DNA from: Octopus sinensis
Taxonomy: Eukaryota
NCBI RefSeq assembly: GCF_006345805.1
Contig: NC_043003.1
Span: forward strand, 30,256,001 to 30,320,000
Length of the DNA: 64,000 bases
Direction of reading: 5' to 3'
Made by a program: the position numbers and the translations under genes. The notes beneath the pieces were generated by a model that was not told the origin of the DNA, did no database searches, and was given only the letters and a program-made list of their open reading frames with translations. This document shows, piece after piece, positions 59,821 to 64,000 of the stretch. Positions within the stretch are counted from its first letter, which is position 1. Each line of letters starts with the position of its first letter.

Positions 59821-61644
59821 ACTTTATCTATCTCTCTCCCATTTATAAAAAACAAAAGATCTTGAGTAAGTTGAGAAAGAAAATATTTTGAAAGATCAAT
59901 CATAAATATCAGGCAGTGACAACGGAAAGCACACTTGCCTTTTGTATGTGCCACTATTTGAGCAATTAAAAATAAGGAAAAGAAGGATTTCTTTGTTAAA
60001 TTCAGTACTTATTTCGGGAATTTTTCGACAATTGACCATGCAAATGAAAGCTCTAAACAGCTGTAAATTTCTTTCAGAGAAAATGAAAACTGTAATCAAT
60101 AAAAAATGAAAGGCAAAAATACGAAAAAACGAGAAATTTTTTTCTACTTCAAAAATCTTGCCTTAAATTTCAAAATCATTTTCCATGCTTAAATTACAAA
60201 TCCACTTCCACTTTACCATGTTGGAAATTTAATTGAAATTGGGCAAAAGGTGTCCAATTTAGACCCCCAAGTGTCTCCAAACATCAATAAAATCCCCATT
60301 TTCATAGCAAAGCAACCACTGTAGCACCCCAAAACGTCTCCCAATCAATTTCTCACCTCAAGTTACTCCCACCTGTAAATTGTTATCCCCTTCCAGCCCC
60401 ATTTAGACCCCTTTTTACAGAAAAATCCAATTTATATCAACGTTCGCCTTCTTCATTTTATAGATTAGATACCTGGACTTGCTCGGGATTAAAATAGTTT
60501 ATTATTGTTTTACTTGTTTCGGTATTATAACCTGATTTCATTCGGGTCTATGCAGGCCACATTTTAAAAGATGAGGAATTTTACCCTAGAGGCCATGCCT
60601 TTCAATTGAGCAAATTCAAAGTTGCCATGCAAATTCGCTAGCACTTTTAACATAGGTGTGCATATTTTCAGCTCAATCCGACCACATATGCACACATTAT
60701 ATATATATAAAGTTTCACTGCAGACATTAATATATTTTGTTTCATTAAATATTTTTTCATCTTTAATCAGATGAACATCCCAGACTAGCTGACAATCTCA
60801 ATTGCCATGTAATTTGTATGTTTTCACTACAATCAATTGAAACCATCTTGATTAGGGATACAATTTGCACTGCATCACAAAATTTCATAGTAAATTTTAA
60901 TTTGTAGTTTTCTTTTATTAAATATTTGCATCCTTATAGATTTTGAAAGATTTTTATCATTACTCAAAAAATAAATTATGATTTTCATCACCTCATGTCT
61001 TGAAGATAAAATATTTTTTTAAAGTTGCTTTCTATAAACATCACCAGTGTGCAGAGAATTGCTGGATAAATTTGGTTAAAATTATTTTTTTTGTCCTTAA
61101 AGGTTCAAAATTTTTATTATTTATTTCTTTAAAAAAAAAAAAGTGAAAACAAATGATAAAGGAATGAAGTTATATTTATTGTATGGTAACAGATGTCTGA
61201 AATTCTGCCTTCAGAACTGTTCCCAATGATATATATAGAAATAATTTTTGTTGCTTATGCTTGTAGTCTGTATTGTTCTCATCTGGAAGTGTAGACATAG
61301 AAAGTAGGGCAATTCTTAAATTGGTTGAAATGAGAAAACTTATGTAAATAGTAAAAGATAATGAAGAATATATACCTTACAATAAAATTTCTTGTGATTG
61401 ATATTGTAATCCCTCCATGTGTTTTTTTCTTTTTTTTTTTTGTGCTACCAGCATTTGTGAGATTGCCAACTTTTGATCAAGGAAAGGAAAAGGAAAATGC
61501 TCCTATTACTAAATGGGTGAGCAGGGTATTTGAAAAGGGCAGATGACTTTATGCAGAATACTGAAAGGTTAAAGTAAGATAGTAAGACAAGCACTGGTGT
61601 CTTGCGACACACAAATATAAATAAACAAATAAATATATATATAT

Positions 61645-61870
61645 CATCATTGTTTAATGTCCGTTCTCCATGCTTGCATGGGTTGGACAGTTCAACCAGG
61701 GATCTGGGAAGCCAGAAGGCTGCACCAGGCTCCAGTCTGATCTGGCAGTGTTTCCACAGCTGGATGCCCTTCCTAACGCCAACCACTCCATGAGTGTAGT
61801 GGGTGCTTTTTACGTGCCACCGACACAGGTGCCAGGCAAGGCTGGCAACGGCAACGATCAGATTGGTGCT
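61645..61870 (-). repeat. RTE-family 3'UTR copy
   Basis: CATCATTGTTTAATGTCCGTTCTCCATGCTTGCATGGGTTGG..GGTGCTTTTTACGTGCCACCGACAC. Confidence 0.8.
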
Positions 61871-63447
61871 TTATATATATATATATATATAATGTATATT
61901 ATTTACAAAAAAATGTGTATATAAATTGTGTTATATATATATATGAACAACAGCCATTTACAATTCATAAAAATTGTTCCAATAAGAAAGCGAAAGATAC
62001 ATTTTAAATTTAAACAAAATATATTGTTTATTATAAAATTTTAAAATATACAATTACAATCAGAAATTTTATAGTTAATTAACCTAAATTTGTAATCATT
62101 ACTTATAACCTACAAATTAAACTATTTTGACGTTATCACCAAATATCATTACAAAATATCTGGAAATATTGATTACTCTTTTAAACATTTTACAGGTGTT
62201 CATATAGTGTTTAATAATGTTACTATGATTCTATATAAATACATTTGTTAGTGATTAATAATTATTACGCTGATAACAAACATTTGTTTGTTTGATAATG
62301 TTATTATGGTGATAGTCAACATTTACTGTTAAAGAAAATAGCTAATATCTTAGCTAAGTCACTACAGGATAATGTTAGCTTGGATGTAATTCATGTTCAT
62401 GTGTAGATGTAGAGTCAGAGATGCCATGTTTCTATAAGGACAACTGCAAAAGGTTTTAAGAATAAACCACTTAATCAATCTGAAGAATACTTCTAACAGG
62501 ATCTCACCTTATGCAGTCTTGTGTGTGTACTAACACTAGGTACAGATGTAGCCTTGTGAGAGACACTTCACACCAAATATATACAAAAGTAATTGAAAGA
62601 AACAAAGGTTTTGTGGAAGGCTGACTAAGGACTGAAACATCAGATGCTCTATAAGTACATGAGTAGTTAAAAGTAGCAGGAGCTATAAAACAACTGGAAA
62701 ATAACAACTTGCAGCAAATTAAGCATATGCAAGCCTTCACCTAGAATTTGTCTAATTCCACTTCTGTTCATTATAGTTCTGTGTTACAGAATTATAACGA
62801 ATTCAAACTATCATAACACAGAGTTCAAAATTATTGATAATCTGGTTGTAGAAGCAGAATTTGTCAAACAAGTCATGGAATATTTTTTTTTAATTTGGGA
62901 GAATGATCAGGAGTATAGAGACCTAAAACGTGGCAAAATTCAAAAATCTACTTAGAAACACAGAGTACAAAATGTGTAGGTTGCTCAACATAGAGGTGGG
63001 AGTTCAGTATTATGCCTAAAAGTTTATGAAGGTTTCTGGCAGATTGACTGAGGTTGGGGCATAAAATGCTCTTTAAATACTACATTAGTTAACAGTAGTA
63101 GCATCAGCCATTGAATATTCAACTGGCCAGAAACTCAGTGCAAATAAATGATGCTAAGTACCTCAGAAAAGCTGCAAGCATTGAAGATTAAAATACAAAT
63201 AATGTTGATGAGAACTGTATTCTAGAAAAAATCCCCATATATGTATATATAAATTTATCATAAAATATATTGTTGATTGTAGAAAACATTTTGCCAAAGC
63301 ATCTATGGAATTTTCACCTATAAATAATTTCTAAATAAAGTTCCACTACAGGTACCACAATGGTATGGTCTTTCACTTGTCTGAGCTAAGTTTGTGTTAA
63401 AATAAAGAACCGCCTTAAGAGTATGTTTTACTACAAATATCAGAGTT

Positions 63448-64000
63448 TTATGGGCTTTCTCCTGTATGAACACGTATGTGAGAAGACAAATGACCTCTTT
63501 TAGAAAATGTTTTACCACAAATATCACAGTGGTATGGGCTTTCTTCTAAGTGAGTGTGTTTGTGGGAACATAGCTCAACATTTGTAGAAAATGATTCACT
63601 ACAGATATCACAGTGATATGGTTTCTCTCCTGCATGAATATGTTTGGGAAAAGATAAATCATCACTTCTAGAAATTGTTTCATCACCAGTATCATACTGG
63701 TATGTTTTCTCTCCAGTGTGGATACGTTTGTGGGAAGATAAATTACTATTTTGAGAAAAATTTTTACCACAGATGTCACAATGATATGGTTTCCCTCCTG
63801 TGTGAACAAGTTTGTGGCAAGACAAATCACCATTTCTAGAAAATGTTTTACCACAGATATCACATTTAAATGGTCTTTCTCCAGAGTGAATATGTTTGTG
63901 GCGAGTCAATGAACTGTTTCTAGTGAATCTCTCATCACAGATATCACAGTGATATGGTTTTTCTCCTGTATGAGTAAGCTTGTGAGAAGACAAATGACTA
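63448..64000 (-). CDS. C2H2 zinc-finger protein (ZNF-E), 3' part only; the frame runs off the window
   Basis: Five complete fingers, one degenerate finger (YQYDTGDETI..) and a partial finger at the window edge (..SHLSSHKLTH). Stop after TGESP, with decayed finger sequence continuing to ~63290. Confidence 0.85.
   Translation of the reverse strand, partial: SHLSSHKLTHTGEKPYHCDICDERFTRNSSLTRHKHIHSGERPFKCDICGKTFSRNGDLSCHKLVHTGGKPYHCDICGKNFSQNSNLSSHKRIHTGEKTYQYDTGDETISRSDDLSFPKHIHAGEKPYHCDICSESFSTNVELCSHKHTHLEESPYHCDICGKTFSKRGHLSSHIRVHTGESP

Noticed and set aside
62115-62328. Weak inverted repeat with GTTATCA subrepeats and a TTTACTG end (possible pogo MITE)
   Set aside because: The arms are too degraded to define termini or to link them to the Tigger at 32 kb.

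Overview
AT-rich, repeat-dense eukaryotic DNA. It is very probably an octopus (coleoid cephalopod) C2H2 zinc-finger cluster; this is inferred from the [11 protein letters not shown]..LTxHKRxHTGEKP finger consensus and the SINE/RTE repeat set. There are three intact single-coding-exon ZNF genes: A 12484-14181 (-), 17 fingers; B 24527-25801 (+), about 12 fingers; D 50400-51602 (+), 12 fingers. A fourth, E, is cut by the window end (63448-64000, -), and C (38074-~39260, +) is a frameshifted ZNF pseudogene. A and B are a head-to-head inverted duplication. Their non-coding exons mirror each other around a CpG-rich imperfect palindrome at 17755-18115, which is a likely bidirectional promoter. The most striking observation is a pogo/Tigger element (~32113-37436) inside the last intron of the paralogous unit C. 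Its TIRs are decayed and its 3' part is filled with younger insertions, yet its 512-aa DD30D transposase ORF is intact and flanked by splice sites, while the host ZNF-C coding exon is dead. This suggests a domesticated transposase that took over a zinc-finger transcription unit. The rest is transposon debris: CR1, RTE, Penelope/Naiad with hammerhead ribozyme cores, Helitron, Chapaev3-like, mariner, several MITEs, tRNA-derived SINEs and microsatellites. All calls come from manual reading; no alignments or database searches were run, and repeat boundaries are approximate.
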